DNA of 64,000 bases from Octopus vulgaris (GCA_951406725.2 OX597824.1:73842001-73906000), one strand, 5' to 3'; shown: positions 27,878 to 41,339, counted from the stretch's first letter. Program-made: numbers and translations. The notes: generated by a model from the letters alone, not told the origin.

Positions 27878-28290
27878 GGTGGCGATCTGACAGAATCGTT
27901 AACATGCCGGGCAAATTGCTTAGCAACATTTTGTCCGTCTTTACGTTCTGAGTTCAAACTCCGCCGAGGTTGATTTTGCTTTTCATCCTTTCGGAGACAA
28001 AAAAAATAAGTACCAGTTGATTACTGGGGTTAATGTATTCGACTTAACCACATCCCCAGAAAGTGCTGACCTTGTGCCAAATTTTAAAGGCTGCGAGTTG
28101 ACAGGATATCTAGCATGCCGAACAAAATGCTTTTCGCAGCATTTCATTCGTCTTCACCTTGCCAATTCAAATTCCGCCGAGGTCGACATTAATCCTTTCG
28201 GAGTCGATAAAATAAGTAACAGCCGAACACTGGAGTCGATATAATCGACTTACCGAAATTGCTGGCCTTGTGCCAACATTTGAAATCGGT
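27878..28290 (+). mobile_element. Two decayed Meta-domain SINEs
   Basis: gttctgagttcaaactccgccgagg...tttcatcctttcgg, present twice. Confidence 0.65.
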
Positions 28291-28879
28291 GCTGGTTGTA
28301 CAGGTACTGGTAAAAAAAAACTAATACGCTGAAAAGGAATCACCAAAATCAATAACTCAGAGGCGCCATCCACGTAAAAGATATACAACAGTTAAATTAG
28401 TGTTACTAGAATCAAAATATCTAACACCTTATAATTGTGTCTAAATAGATTGTTGATATTTCTCCTCTTTTTTTTTCTTACCTACCTGGGTGGCTTGTGC
28501 TGGGCAATTTACACTACTGCGTGCACTATAGGCATCTCATAGATGTTTTTTTTTTTGAGAGATAACAGCTGTGTATTGACAGACGTTGCTTGTACGATAG
28601 GTGTTGTTATCTTCTGTTTTCATATAATCTTTAGCGATATCGCTGATAACTTTTAAAAAGAGATTAGTTTATCTCCCTTGTTTACTTTCTTTAAGGAACA
28701 AAACAAAAAAAATGACAGCCTGTTTAATGGAAGTTTGGAGAATTTAGATACAGTTTTCGGACGACAAAGATGTCTGTTGTTGAAGCTGCTTTTATTTTAT
28801 TTATTTATTCTTAATCATTCCATTCTACGTAAATCACCACACTTCATGCCTGTCTTTGCATCGTTCCCCTCGTCCGTCG

Positions 28880-29097
28880 CCCTGGTGGCAGACTGTACCA
28901 CCTGCCGATTTTCTCGAACGATGAGCAGCTGTAGGCTCCGTTTGTAAGACACGTTCACCTCTTTGACGGAGCTGCAGTTCTGGGTCAAGCAAAGACCAAG
29001 GCTGGGCGTTTAGCACCAAGAATTTCGTCAAACCCTCACCGATCTCTACGTGTCGGGTAATGCGGTCAGTAGAAGTTCTATGACGACGGTCTTCTTT

Positions 29098-29144
<47 letters not shown>

Positions 29145-29835
29145 TAATTTACAAATTTATTCTTTTACTTGTTTCAGTCATTTGACTGGGGCCATACTGG
29201 AGCATAGTTGAGTAACGTTTTCATGCTTGGATTTGTAAATTACGATATAGTTGTTGGTAAGAGCGATTACCTTCTCGGGGAAATTGAACGCGTTGAGGAG
29301 GGCGAACTAGTCGGTCTGTTCCGTAAGACTTTCTTACAGAAATAACCATGGTTATTTCCAGAAATCCTTGGTCTGGTAATGCTCCCGATGAGTGCTGCCT
29401 GTTCAAGATAAAGTCTACAAGCATAAAAGGCGGGAAGGCCCGAGTTGCGCGCTAAGCGATGAAACCGTACTGCACGCATTCGTGAAGCGTCCGAGCATTT
29501 CTAGCTTTGCATATTTATGTTGATGACCTGTTGTCGCGTAAAGGATGAACTATCGGCCGGGTCCATGGTGAGGATTGTCCCACGATCCACTTTTAAGAAA
29601 ACAAGGCAGGCGTTATTCCCCTGTCTAGTGGTTATGGCAGAAGAGGTTGTATCGTGGACGAGGTTGAATGGACCGAAGTTAGAGACTTTCCTCTTCGGTC
29701 AAGCTCTCATTGACTATTTCCAGTTTCACTTGGAAAGGAAAATGAGGATGGAGAGTGAAGTACTCTCCTCTCCCAGTAAATTCGTCAAAAGGTGGATTAC
29801 TGTAAGAAAAACCGTTAGATTGGAGATTGGAGAGC
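28880..29835 (+). mobile_element. Tx1/L1-like LINE ORF2 3' fragment (interrupted at 29098-29250)
   Basis: SLVW*CSR*VLPVQDKVYKH; decayed zinc knuckle GPSCALSDETVLHAFVKRPSI; CLVVMAEEVVSWTRL...FVKRW; ends at (TG)n. Confidence 0.7.
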
Positions 29836-29918
<83 letters not shown>

Positions 29919-29936
29919 TGTGTGTTTGTGTGAGCT

Positions 29937-30144
29937 ACTCTCTTTACTCTTTTACTTGTTTCAGTGATTCGACTGTGGCCATGCTGGAGCACCGCTTTTA
30001 GTCGACCAAATCGACCCCAGGACTTATTCTTTGTAAGCCTAGTACTTATTCTATCGGTCTCTTTTGCTGAACCGCTAAGTTACGGAGACGTAAACACGCC
30101 AGCATCGGTTGTCAAGCGATGTTGGGGGGACAAACACAGATACA

Positions 30145-30230
<86 letters not shown>

Positions 30231-30512
30231 TATACATATATATATACATATATATACACGTAAACACACCACCATCGGTTGTCAAGCGATGTTGGGGAGA
30301 CAAACACAGACACAAACATATATACACACATACATGTATACACATATATACGACGGGCTTCTTTCAGTTTCCGTCAACCAAATCCACTCACAAGGCTTTG
30401 GTCGGCCCGAGGCTATAGTAGAAGACACTTGCCCAAGGTGCCACGCAGTGGGACTGAACCCAGAACCATGTGGTTGGTAAGCAAGCTACTTACCACACAG
30501 CCACTCCTACGC
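29937..30512 (-). mobile_element. SINE family A with internal duplication
   Basis: cgtaaacac...catcggttgtcaagcgatgttgggg...caaacacaga occurs at about 30089 and 30259. Confidence 0.85.
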
Positions 30513-31016
30513 CAGAGCTATGGACAAATGTATTAAAAAAGAAAGTAAACCATAACAAAAAGGTGATGACCTCTGGTTCCAGATATACCTTGTCTCCGCT
30601 TATATATGTACCCATTCTACGAAGTTATCCACTGTTTGCAAGTTACACACTGTATGCAATGGTTTTCGTATGGGGATGCACTTCCGTCACTCTTCACATT
30701 ATTATTTTTGTACATTTAAATATTCTGACTGGGGCAAGTAAGATTATCTTGGTCGGGTCGCAATTGTTACTATTCGTCCAAGCATAGTGTTCGGTGTCAA
30801 TGATGCATTTAATACTTAGTTTTTGTGTGTAAGAGAGAGAGGGAGAGAAAGAAAAAGAGAGAGAGAGACAGACAGAAACACAGACAGAGATAGAGAGAGG
30901 GTTTTGCTATTCTGACTAAGTGGTAGAAATGATATTTTGGGGGATATCTCGGCTGTAATATTCCCACGGTGTAGAGCCTACAAAAAAAAAAATTTTGTGA
31001 GCTAAAACATAACGGC

Positions 31017-31078
31017 TTTAGGTCCCGGGGCCCGGGGTGCGGGAAGACGTCCTCTCCAAATTCAAGATGGCCGTGAGT
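31017..31078 (+). promoter_or_regulatory. Candidate GC-rich first exon with YY1-like motif and splice donor
   Basis: ggtcccggggcccggggtgcggg...CAAGATGGCC|GTGAGT. Confidence 0.3.
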
Positions 31079-31387
31079 TTTCCTTTCTTTCTCCCTTCAT
31101 TCATTCACTCTTCTTTCTTTCTTTCTTTCCTTTCCTCCTTCCTCCCTCCCTTCTTTCTTTCTTTCCTTCTTTCTTTCTTTCTCTTCTTTCTTTCTTTCTT
31201 TCTCTCTTTCTTTCTTTCTTTCTTTATTTCCTTCCTCCCTTCTTTCTTTCTTTCCTTCTTTTTTTCTTTCCCTTCTTTCTTTCTTTCTCTTCTTTCTTTC
31301 TTTCTTTTTCTCTTTCTTTCTTTCTCTCTTTCTTTCTTTCTTTCTTTTTCTCTTTCTTTCTTTCTCTCTTTCTTTCTTTCTTTCTCT

Positions 31388-31419
<32 letters not shown>

Positions 31420-31630
31420 TCCTTCCTTCCTCCTTTCTTTCTTTCTTTCCTTCTTTCTTTCTTTCTTTCTTTCTCTTCTTTCCTTCTTTCTTTCTTTCTT
31501 TCTTTCTCTTCTTTCTTTCTCTCTTTCTTTCTCTCTTTCTTTCTTTCTTTCTTTCTTTGTCCTGACATTCTTTCTTTTCCTTCCTTGCTTTCCTGCTTTC
31601 TTTTTCCCCCTTTTATCTCCCTTTCTTTTC
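31078..31630. repeat. (TTTC)n-like polypyrimidine tract
   Basis: About 550 bp almost purely C/T; source of the F/S/L and K/E/R ORFs. Confidence 0.95.
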
Positions 31631-32001
31631 AGGTCTTTATTACTTCCTTCCTTTTGTTTTATTATTTTTTTTAAGCAGGGTTTCTGGAGATATTCTTACT
31701 TCTTTAGACCCCTGAAACCACGCATCGGCCGAGTCCTTCATATTAACCCCGGCACGGCGTTGCTATTGCGTTCTAGTCGTGCTCTTGTTCTTTTTATCAA
31801 GGGGAGATGGAGAAACCATCTGGGGCAGACGTTGGCCAGAAATACGAGAAGAAAAATTGTTATGTAAATATTGATAACAATATAATGATCATCCTACATT
31901 ATGTGTTCAAGAGATATAGAGATATATTTGGAGTGGCGTGACTGCTGTGTGTCGGTTCCATCATATTAAATATATATAGGACAGATAACATTCTGTTTGT
32001 G

Positions 32002-32048
<47 letters not shown>

Positions 32049-32249
32049 TCACACACACATACATACATACATACATACATACATACATACATACATACAT
32101 ACATACATGCGTACATACATACATGCACATATATATATATATGTATATACATACACAGTGTGTGTGTATGTATGTACATATTTATGAGTGTATTTACACT
32201 ATCACACTCACAGATTTAGTTATTCAACTTGAGTCATGTTAGTTAATTA

Positions 32250-32303
32250 TAAGTTTATATAAATACATATGTGTATATGTATGTATAAATATATATATAT
32301 GTA

Positions 32304-32350
<47 letters not shown>

Positions 32351-32499
32351 ACATATATATACATATATATATACATATATATATATTATATATACATATA
32401 TACAGATATGTTTGTATATATATATATATGCATATATGTATATATATATGCATATATGTATATATATATATATATGTATATATAAATATATATATACAT

Positions 32500-32589
<90 letters not shown>

Positions 32590-32618
32590 GTATGTCTAGC
32601 TATATAGATATGTATATA

Positions 32619-32657
<39 letters not shown>

Positions 32658-32662
32658 TACAT

Positions 32663-32707
<45 letters not shown>

Positions 32708-32842
32708 TATACATATGTATGTCTAGCTATATAGATATGTATATACATATGTATATATACATGTATGAATATATATATACATATATATATATATATATGT
32801 ATATATACATGTATGAATGTATATATATATATATACATATGC

Positions 32843-32882
<40 letters not shown>

Positions 32883-32920
32883 CATATGTATGTATATATT
32901 TATATGTGTGTATTATGTAT
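32250..32920. repeat. Long degenerate (TA)n block with internal duplication
   Basis: tatacatatgtatgtctagctatatagatatgtatatac at about 32581 and 32708. Confidence 0.9.
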
Positions 32921-33086
32921 ATACACATATGCACTCACACACACACACACACATATATGTATAAGCTGAGATAATGAAGAGGGCCCATCTATCGTTCGTG
33001 GGTGGATTTTTCAGTTGAAACAAGACATTCCAAGAGAGAGTCAACAGCTAGACTATTGTAAAGAATTTATATACTTATATGTATAC

Positions 33087-33117
<31 letters not shown>

Positions 33118-33320
33118 TGTATGTATGTATGTATGTATGTATGTATGTATGTATGTATGTATGTATGTATGTATGTATCAATGTATGTATATCTGGGTTA
33201 ATAGAAAATCTTATCTTTCTGGTATCATCCTACAAAATTTCAGGAAATAATTTCAGCTACTGACGTGTCGAATGTTCTTGATGACGGTATGCAATTGAAG
33301 TATGATTTTCTGAATATACA

Positions 33321-33367
<47 letters not shown>

Positions 33368-33736
33368 ATATATACATTCATTATACATGCATAGAAACAC
33401 ATGCATAATATAAATATATATTACTATATATTTAAATTTATACTACACAGAAAACAGGCTTTAATTACAAATTACTTTTGTTTCTGGGCCATATTGTAAT
33501 GGCTATTTTTTTCAACTTCTTGAATGATTTTTTATATGAATCCTATACAAAAACGAAGTTAGTCATGCTTATGCAGCTCAGAAATGGCCTTGCAGTATGA
33601 TGGCATATGGTTGCCGATAACAGTTTAGGACCTTTTAAATGCATGATATGAGTGTATATTGAATACAGACACAGACACACACAAATACACACACACACAC
33701 ACATATATATACATATGTACATATATATATATATGT

Positions 33737-33783
<47 letters not shown>

Positions 33784-33965
33784 TACATTTATATATAAAT
33801 ACGGAATCTAATGCGCTTAGCTTAGTTTTTCCTTGGGGCTGGCCAGATTGGAGCAATCTCAAGATTAATCAGCCGAAATTGCGTGGATGATCCGGTTCTT
33901 GACTGAAGATTGAAGGCTTCGAATGTCCCGTCCGTGTTTTTTGCGTCGTCTTCTAAATGTCCCAG

Positions 33966-34027
<62 letters not shown>

Positions 34028-34258
34028 AACAATCTTACTTAGAAATGGATGCGTGCGTTCAGTCATATATAAATAAATAAATAAAACATATGCATATATA
34101 CATACATATTTGTATGTAACTACCTCTACATGTATATATACATCTAGAGGTAGGTACGTACAAATATGTATGTATATATGCATATGTTTTATTTATTTAT
34201 ATATATTCTGCACGCATATTTTTTTTCTCTCCTTCTTTCTGTGTTTTTTCTCTGTGTA

Positions 34259-34296
34259 TCTTTCTGTTGAAAAGCGTAGGCTCGAAACGTTAAAGA
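34259..34296 (+). ncRNA. Minimal hammerhead-like motif, core mutated
   Basis: TCTTT-CTGTTGA-aaagc gtag gctc-GAAA-CG-TT-AAAGA; A6 is replaced; relative at about 51710-51750. Confidence 0.4.
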
Positions 34297-34424
34297 CTTG
34301 TTTTATTTATATTTCCTGAGCGCCATACTAATACAATTGTTTGTTTGTATTCCACCTGCCTTCGTCTTTTGTTTATTTCCGTAAACCTGCCTTCGTCTTT
34401 TGTCTATTTTCATAAAGCTTCCCG

Positions 34425-34526
<102 letters not shown>

Positions 34527-34643
34527 TCAGATGAATATGGTACTTAAGTTGAGGCACCAGAATTTAGTACAGTATTATCCATACAATTTCAAAATAAGGT
34601 GATTAAAATCAAAATAAGCTACAAGGATATCCAGAGGTTTATT

Positions 34644-34729
34644 GCAGTACGATCGTTTCAAGCAATTCCATTTAATTGAACAATGCAATCATTACATCAA
34701 TTTAAATGCAGAGCAATCCTCAGCAGCCC
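34644..34729 (-). ncRNA. Hammerhead-like motif with long stem II region
   Basis: Minus strand: gggctg-CTGAGGA-(about 57 nt)-GAAA-CGATCG-TA-ctgc-AATAAA; palindromic stem III ACGATCGT. Confidence 0.4.
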
Positions 34730-35268
34730 AAAGACATAAAATTTAATTAAATTAAAACAGATGGACACATTAGTACAATTTTACCTAAAATCTCCAAGAA
34801 GGTAAGAAGATAGACAGAGAACATGCTGTCTTCACTTGAGCTTAGAGTAGCTTCTAAGCTGAAGTACAACATCGATATTCTTCCCTGTGTTTGTGAAATT
34901 TTTGTATCTCTGCCGTAAGGTTTAACTTCCACACGCGCCAGCTTAATTCAATTCGTCCTTAGTCGAAAGACACCTGTTGTTATGTCCTGTTATTATTTTT
35001 ATTGTATTCTTTTTATTTCATTTATATAACATTGTTTCTGTATACATTCGATGCTTTCTCCAAGTTTTTCCTTGGGGCTGGCCAGATAGGAGCAATCTCA
35101 AGAATGATCAGCCGAAATTGCGAGAATAATCTGGTTCTTGACTGAAGATAGAAAACTTCGAATGACCCGTCGTTGTTTTCTTTGTATCGTCTATCTCGAT
35201 GTTTTGTTGTCCCTTTTTATATCACCTAGTTGTCCGGATGTTTTGCATTCTTGTCCCATTTTGTATTT

Positions 35269-35396
<128 letters not shown>

Positions 35397-35402
35397 GTAA
35401 AT

Positions 35403-35914
35403 ATATATTTACTTCTTTGTATATTTTTCCCTCACGGGCTATTCTTTACTGGAAAGCAATACTCTAGCATTGCATTACTAATTTATTGAAACTTCTTCAC
35501 CGTTCTCGTTCTGTTAGCGTTTCGGCGTTTCAGTCGAGTGTATTGGCATTAATGTGGTAACATCTGAAATGTTGTCGTGGTATATGTTTGGCTGATGAAG
35601 ATAGATCAAGTATATGTGGGCAGGCATATCTTGAAACATCTGAAACCGGCGCCGGTCCCACGTTATCCTTTTCTAGGTATTTCATCTTTCAGATGTTCTC
35701 CCTGGAGGTAAGACAATTTTTTTCAAGTTTGTTGCACTCACGCATTTTTGCTAGTACATACGCGGTGAAGCTATACATTAGCGTTGTATTATTACGTTCG
35801 CTATTTCCAGTAAATATCGGTACTTCGTTGTGCCATATATTTACTTCTTTGTATATTTTTCCCTCACGGGCTATTCTTTACTGGAAAGCAATACTCTAGT
35901 ATTGCATTACTAAT
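35403..35914 (+). mobile_element. Retrozyme/pLTR-like unit: 432-bp period with about 80-bp terminal direct repeat
   Basis: atatatttacttctttg...cattactaat at 35403-35482 and 35835-35914; (TA)n on both sides; contains a canonical HHR. Confidence 0.65.
35587..35661 (+). ncRNA. Type-I hammerhead ribozyme, canonical core
   Basis: tTGG-CTGATGA-AGAT..tcaag.atatg[loop]catatcttga..ATCT-GAAA-CCGGCGCCGG-TC-CCAc; GUC triplet ends at 35657. Confidence 0.75.
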
Positions 35915-36044
35915 ATATATATATATATATATATACATCTCTTTATACACATATCTATATGCTTATTGAATTCAAAATTTTGAAAGCGTGGTTTCTTGAA
36001 TATTCGGAGTCTCCGCCATCGAAAACATAGGAATCCGCTGAAAA

Positions 36045-36445
36045 AGGAGTGGCTGTGTGGTAAGTAGCTTGCTTACCAACCTCATGGTCTCGGGTTCAGT
36101 CCCACTGCGTGGCATCTTGGGCAAGTGTCTTCTACTATAGCCTCGGGCCGACCAAAGCCTTGTGAGTGGATTTGGTGGACGGAAACTGAAAGAAGCCTGT
36201 CGTATATATGTATATATATGTGTGTGTGTGTGTGTGTTTGTATGTCTGTGTTCCTCCGACATCGCTTGACAACCGATGCTGGTGTGTTTACGTCCCTGTA
36301 ACTTAGCGATTAGGCGAAAGAGACCGACAGAATAAGTACAAGGCTTACAAAGAATAAGTCCTGGTGTCAATTTGCTCGACTAAAGGCAATGCTCCAGCAT
36401 GGCCGCAGTCAAATGACTGAAACAAGTAAAAGAGAAAAATAAAAG
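36045..36445 (+). mobile_element. SINE family A
   Basis: Complete head-to-tail body. Confidence 0.85.
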
Positions 36446-36449
36446 AGGC

Positions 36450-36930
36450 GAGATTTCGTCTGACTTTACGTTTTGAGTTCAAATTCCGCCGAGGTCGACT
36501 TTGCTTTTTCTCCTTTCAGGATACTGGAGTCAATGCGATCGATTGTCCCCCTCTCCACAAAAAAATCTAGGCCTTGTACCTATAGTAGAAAAGATTGTTA
36601 TTATTGGCAGAATTAAGGCGGCGAGCTGGCAGAAACGTTAGCACACCGGGCGAATAGCTTAGCAGTATTTCGTCTGCCGCTACGTTCTGAGTTCAAATCC
36701 CGCCGAGGTTGACTTTGTCTTTCATCCTTTCGGGATCGATAAATTAAGTACCAGTTACGCACTGGAGTCGATATAATCGACTTAATCCGTTTGTCTGTCC
36801 TTGTTCATCCTCTCTGTGTTTAGCCCCTTGTGGGTAGTAAAGAAATAGGTATTTCGTCTGTCTTTACGTTCCTAGTTCAAATTCTGCAGCGGTCGAATTT
36901 GTCTTTCATCGTTTCGGAGTCGATGAAATA
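36450..36930 (+). mobile_element. Meta-domain SINEs, including a head-to-tail dimer
   Basis: Head ggcggcgagctggcagaaacgttagc at about 36617; junction aaagaaataggtatttcgtctg at about 36840. Confidence 0.8.
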
Positions 36931-37237
36931 TAGTGAAAAGAATTATTCTTATTATTAGCTAAGGGAATTAAAGATTAGACCACAGTGAGTATATATCAAA
37001 TTACTTAAACTGTGCGCAACATATGCACGAAAAATGTCATGACACATAACAGGATACAAAACAAGATAACAGGAATATTATTTTCAATTATCTTTGGTTT
37101 ACTAAGCTTCTCCGTGTTTCGTTTCCCTGCCAAAATTTCACAACAGTTAGAACGAGACCGCTGCTTTCGATTCGAGAATTTGCTTCACCAGACATATTTC
37201 TATAAGGAATGCAACAAACTACGTACACACGCACAAT

Positions 37238-37311
<74 letters not shown>

Positions 37312-37314
<3 letters not shown>

Positions 37315-37770
37315 GCTTGGTGAGGAGGGTGTTTATTGGACACCCTGCGGGATGAAAAACAAGACCCTCCAACGGGCGGAGGAACTCTTGAGAGTGAACG
37401 GCCATCCAATAAATGTCTTAAGGCTGTATCATGCGCGGAGACATAGAAATAATCGACTGAATACCCGATCACGCGGTGAAACGATTGGGAGTGAAGGACT
37501 CCTAGCCTTTGTTAGGGCATCCTTCTAGGAGAAGGTAACTCAGGTAACTGGGATAACTCCGACATAAAACCTGCGGCTCAGTGGTTACCGATGATGTTGA
37601 CTTGTTCTTCTTTTCGGATTATGGCTGCTGTTGCTTAGTGAGTGGGATTGACTCAGTGCACAGCCTTTCCCTCACTTTAAAAAAAAATCTTTTTCCACAG
37701 GCATTGCACGATAACAACATTGATTAAGCTTCGTGCAATGGCCATACTCGATAACGAGGGGGCAGCCACC
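37312..37770 (+). mobile_element. RTE-related non-autonomous element
   Basis: cctagcctttgttagggcatccttctaggagaaggtaactc (RTE 5'UTR-like); inverted homolog at 41340-41890. Confidence 0.6.
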
Positions 37771-37839
37771 TATATATATATTCAAGCCGACCAAAGCCTT
37801 GTGAGTGGATTTAGTAAACGGAAACTGAAAGACTTTTGC

Positions 37840-37904
<65 letters not shown>

Positions 37905-37905
<1 letters not shown>

Positions 37906-38624
37906 ATAAAACTTATATATAAAGAACGTGAAATTCACGAATTGACAAACACGGAAAAACGGACAGTAATTCAGAGCCTTCATTCTTCAGTCAGAAACCG
38001 ATTCATCATGGCAAATTTCGGCTGTTTAATTCTGAGATTTGCTCCGAAAAGGCCAGCCCCAAGGAAAAGCTAAGCTATGGGCATTAGATTTGCTTGGTAG
38101 AAGGAAAGAATGTGACAACAGAGACGAATAGGAAAACAAGAGACGAAGATAAAATTGGAAACAGTAACGAATAAAAACAGGAATGATACGGGGGCGTCTT
38201 ACGACTTTGAGACAAAATGAGACAAAACAATTGATCAGCAAGCGTGGGAAGCGGTTACCTTTTCGGTAGAGAAGACACGTGTAGTACAAGCGGCTGTCAG
38301 CAGTGGAATGGCTTAGCAGCAGCAGGTTGCAAGAAGGTGAGAGAGAAAGAGAGAGGGGGATTGAGGAGGGCCGAGAAATGACCAAGAGAGAGAGAGAAAG
38401 AAAGAATTAAAGAGGGTGAGAGGAAGGGGCGCCAAAATAACTTGGTAAAGAAGCGCCAAAATACCTTGAGGAAGAAGCAATGGCGGATGATAAAGGGGAA
38501 GTTTAAAGTTGAAGACATCGTGCAATAGTGGAGATATGACAAACATAAATGGATTGGTGCACGTACGCTGCGATAATATAGAATAAAACTTATATATAAA
38601 GAACGTGAAATTCACGAATTGACA
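37905..38624 (-). mobile_element. Direct-repeat-bounded element nested in a SINE A microsatellite
   Basis: aataaaacttatatataaagaacgtgaaattcacgaattgaca at about 37905 and 38582; SINE A halves at 37786-37835 and 38820-39040. Confidence 0.55.
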
Positions 38625-39042
38625 TGTATGTATGTATGTATGTATGTATGTATGTATGTATGTATAGTTGGAATTTACAAAAAAGCAAAAGACAAAGACA
38701 GGTGTGTAAACAACAAACAGGTGTATTAGTTTAACGGTCGGGAAGGTATTTGTATGCATGCATGCATGCATGTATGTATGTATGTATGTATGTATGTATG
38801 TATGTATGTATGTATGTATGTATTTGTATATCTGTGTTTGTCTTTGTGCCCCCACCATCGCTTGTCAATCGATGTTGGTGTGTTTAGGTCCCTGTAACTT
38901 AGCGGTTCGGCAAAATAGACTGATAGAATGAGTACTAGACTTACAAAAAATACGTCCTGGGATCGTTTTCTTCGACTAAAACCCTTTAAGACGGTGCTCC
39001 AGCATGGCCGCAGTCAAATGACTGAAGTAAAAGAATGAAAGA

Positions 39043-39197
<155 letters not shown>

Positions 39198-39388
39198 TAC
39201 ATGCACACTAACGCGCGCACAAACATTTCAAAATAGAAGACTAGCAAAAATTTGGTATATTTGTAATATATATTTTCAAAGTATACCAATTTTTTTCAGT
39301 CTCCTGTTTTGATATATGATTACGGTGCAAATTGGTTTCACCAAAAATTTCAATCGCTTTGTATAACATTTAAAATAAAAGAACTATA

Positions 39389-39807
39389 GGATCTTTTCGG
39401 TTTGAACGGCAGTTTTTTTTTAGCGGTGTCATATGAAATTGTCACCCATAATTATGACCCTAGTATCGATCTATTGCATTTCAATCTGTTTTAGGGTTAG
39501 GGTTAGGGGTGGGGGAAGGGTATCTTTTTTTCTTCACAAATGTAAATAAACCCAATCTGTTTCTTAAACGAGGGACATATTCATACGGCAAAGAATGTTT
39601 TTTTTACCTCAATAGACGTCATTGATTGGTTGAAATTGCAGAAATTGAAGAAAAAAAACAACAAATATCTTACAAACTATAGAATTTTCTCAATAAAGCC
39701 AAGCGAAAAAGATGTTTTATAAACACATTCTACCAGTATACGAAGTTTAAAAGTGTTTAGTTACCTAGAAATTATGTTAAAAACTGCCGTTCAAACCGAA
39801 GAGATCC
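39389..39807. mobile_element. MITE with GG-terminal TIRs and 8-bp TSD (Merlin-like)
   Basis: TIR ggatcttttcggtttgaacggcagttttt / aaaaactgccgttcaaaccgaagagatcc; flanks gaactata/aaactata; internal (TTAGGG)3. Confidence 0.8.
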
Positions 39808-41279
39808 AAACTATATACATACATTGATTTAACGTAAACATGCAGATGTGCTTTACGAGGACACGACTTGGATGATAACCTCTATATTCACACGTTAACC
39901 TATATATATATAAAACCATCTTTTTGTTAAATTTTTTAAAAATCTCACCGTTGCGTCAGTACCATTTTCCGAACATAGCAATACCAATAACGTGCTGAGT
40001 AATCGTCAATGGCGCGTGTTAACTGCATAGATGTGTCTTCGTAAGTAAAAATATTTTCTCTAACGAGAAGAAAAGAATTGAAAGAGGGGAAAACCAACAA
40101 TAACTCAAACAAGCAAAATTTAATTTTCAACAAATTGTTAAAGTAAAGCTATTTGAAATTTTCATGAATATTTTGCTGTGAGTAGCTTTTTTTTTGTTTC
40201 TTGTCTTAAAACTTTTGAATTCTAGAGTGTGTATTAATGGCGGATTTCCGGTTTAGCTATCACAATCTCATGGGGGGGAGGAGAACGAAAAAGAGAAGGA
40301 ATGAAGAAGGTGGGGGACAAAAATATGTAAGAAAAAAACTGAAACGTTTCAGAAAAATATGCGATAATTCTTTCCTTTTTGCTTTTAAAAAAAAATTTAA
40401 GCTCTTACATCCTTCTTACGTTGAATGTGAAAAATGTGTATTTCTAACCGTTTGTTTTATGTGTTTTGTACGAATCTGACCATTCCAAACCGCCGAAAGT
40501 CACTCGTTCTGTAAGGTAGAAATTCACCATTAGTGTGTGACGAGAGTAATAAAAAAGAATTAGTGAAAATTCTTTCAGAATCGTAATTTCCGTTCTATGA
40601 CACAGAAGAATACAAAAAATTAAAGAGTGGAAATAAACTTAAGAAAACAACTTAATTCTTACAGAACGCAGAAGACCTGAAATTTGGCGGGAGGGGACTA
40701 GTCGATTACATCGACCCCAGTGTTTCACTATTATGTAATGCATCAACCCCGAAAGGATGAAAAGCAAAGTCGACCTCATGGAATTTGAACTCAGAGTGTA
40801 AAACCGGAAGAAATACCATTAATCATTTTATCTTACGTGCTTACGAGTTTTCCAGCTCATTTACATACATATATACATACATACATACATACATACATAC
40901 ATACATACGTACGTACGTACGTACGTACGTACTTACATACATACAGACAGACATACATACATACATACATACATACATACATACATACATACATACATAC
41001 ATACATACATACATACGTACGTACGTACGTACGTAAAGACAGACAAAATACTGCTAAGCATTTCACATACATGCATGTACGTACGTACGTACGTACGTAC
41101 TTACATACATACAGACATACATACATACATACATACATACATACATACATACATACATACATACATACATACATACATACATACATACGTACGTACGTAC
41201 GTAAAGACAGACAAAATACTGCTAAGCATTTCACATACATGCATACATACATACATACATACATACATACATACATACA

Positions 41280-41313
<34 letters not shown>

Positions 41314-41339
41314 CATACATACATAATACATACATACAT

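Noticed and set aside
31037-31867. 276-aa F/S/L-rich ORF
   Set aside because: Translation of the (TTTC)n tract
39490-39510. Interstitial telomere or fusion site
   Set aside because: Only three repeats, and they lie inside a MITE
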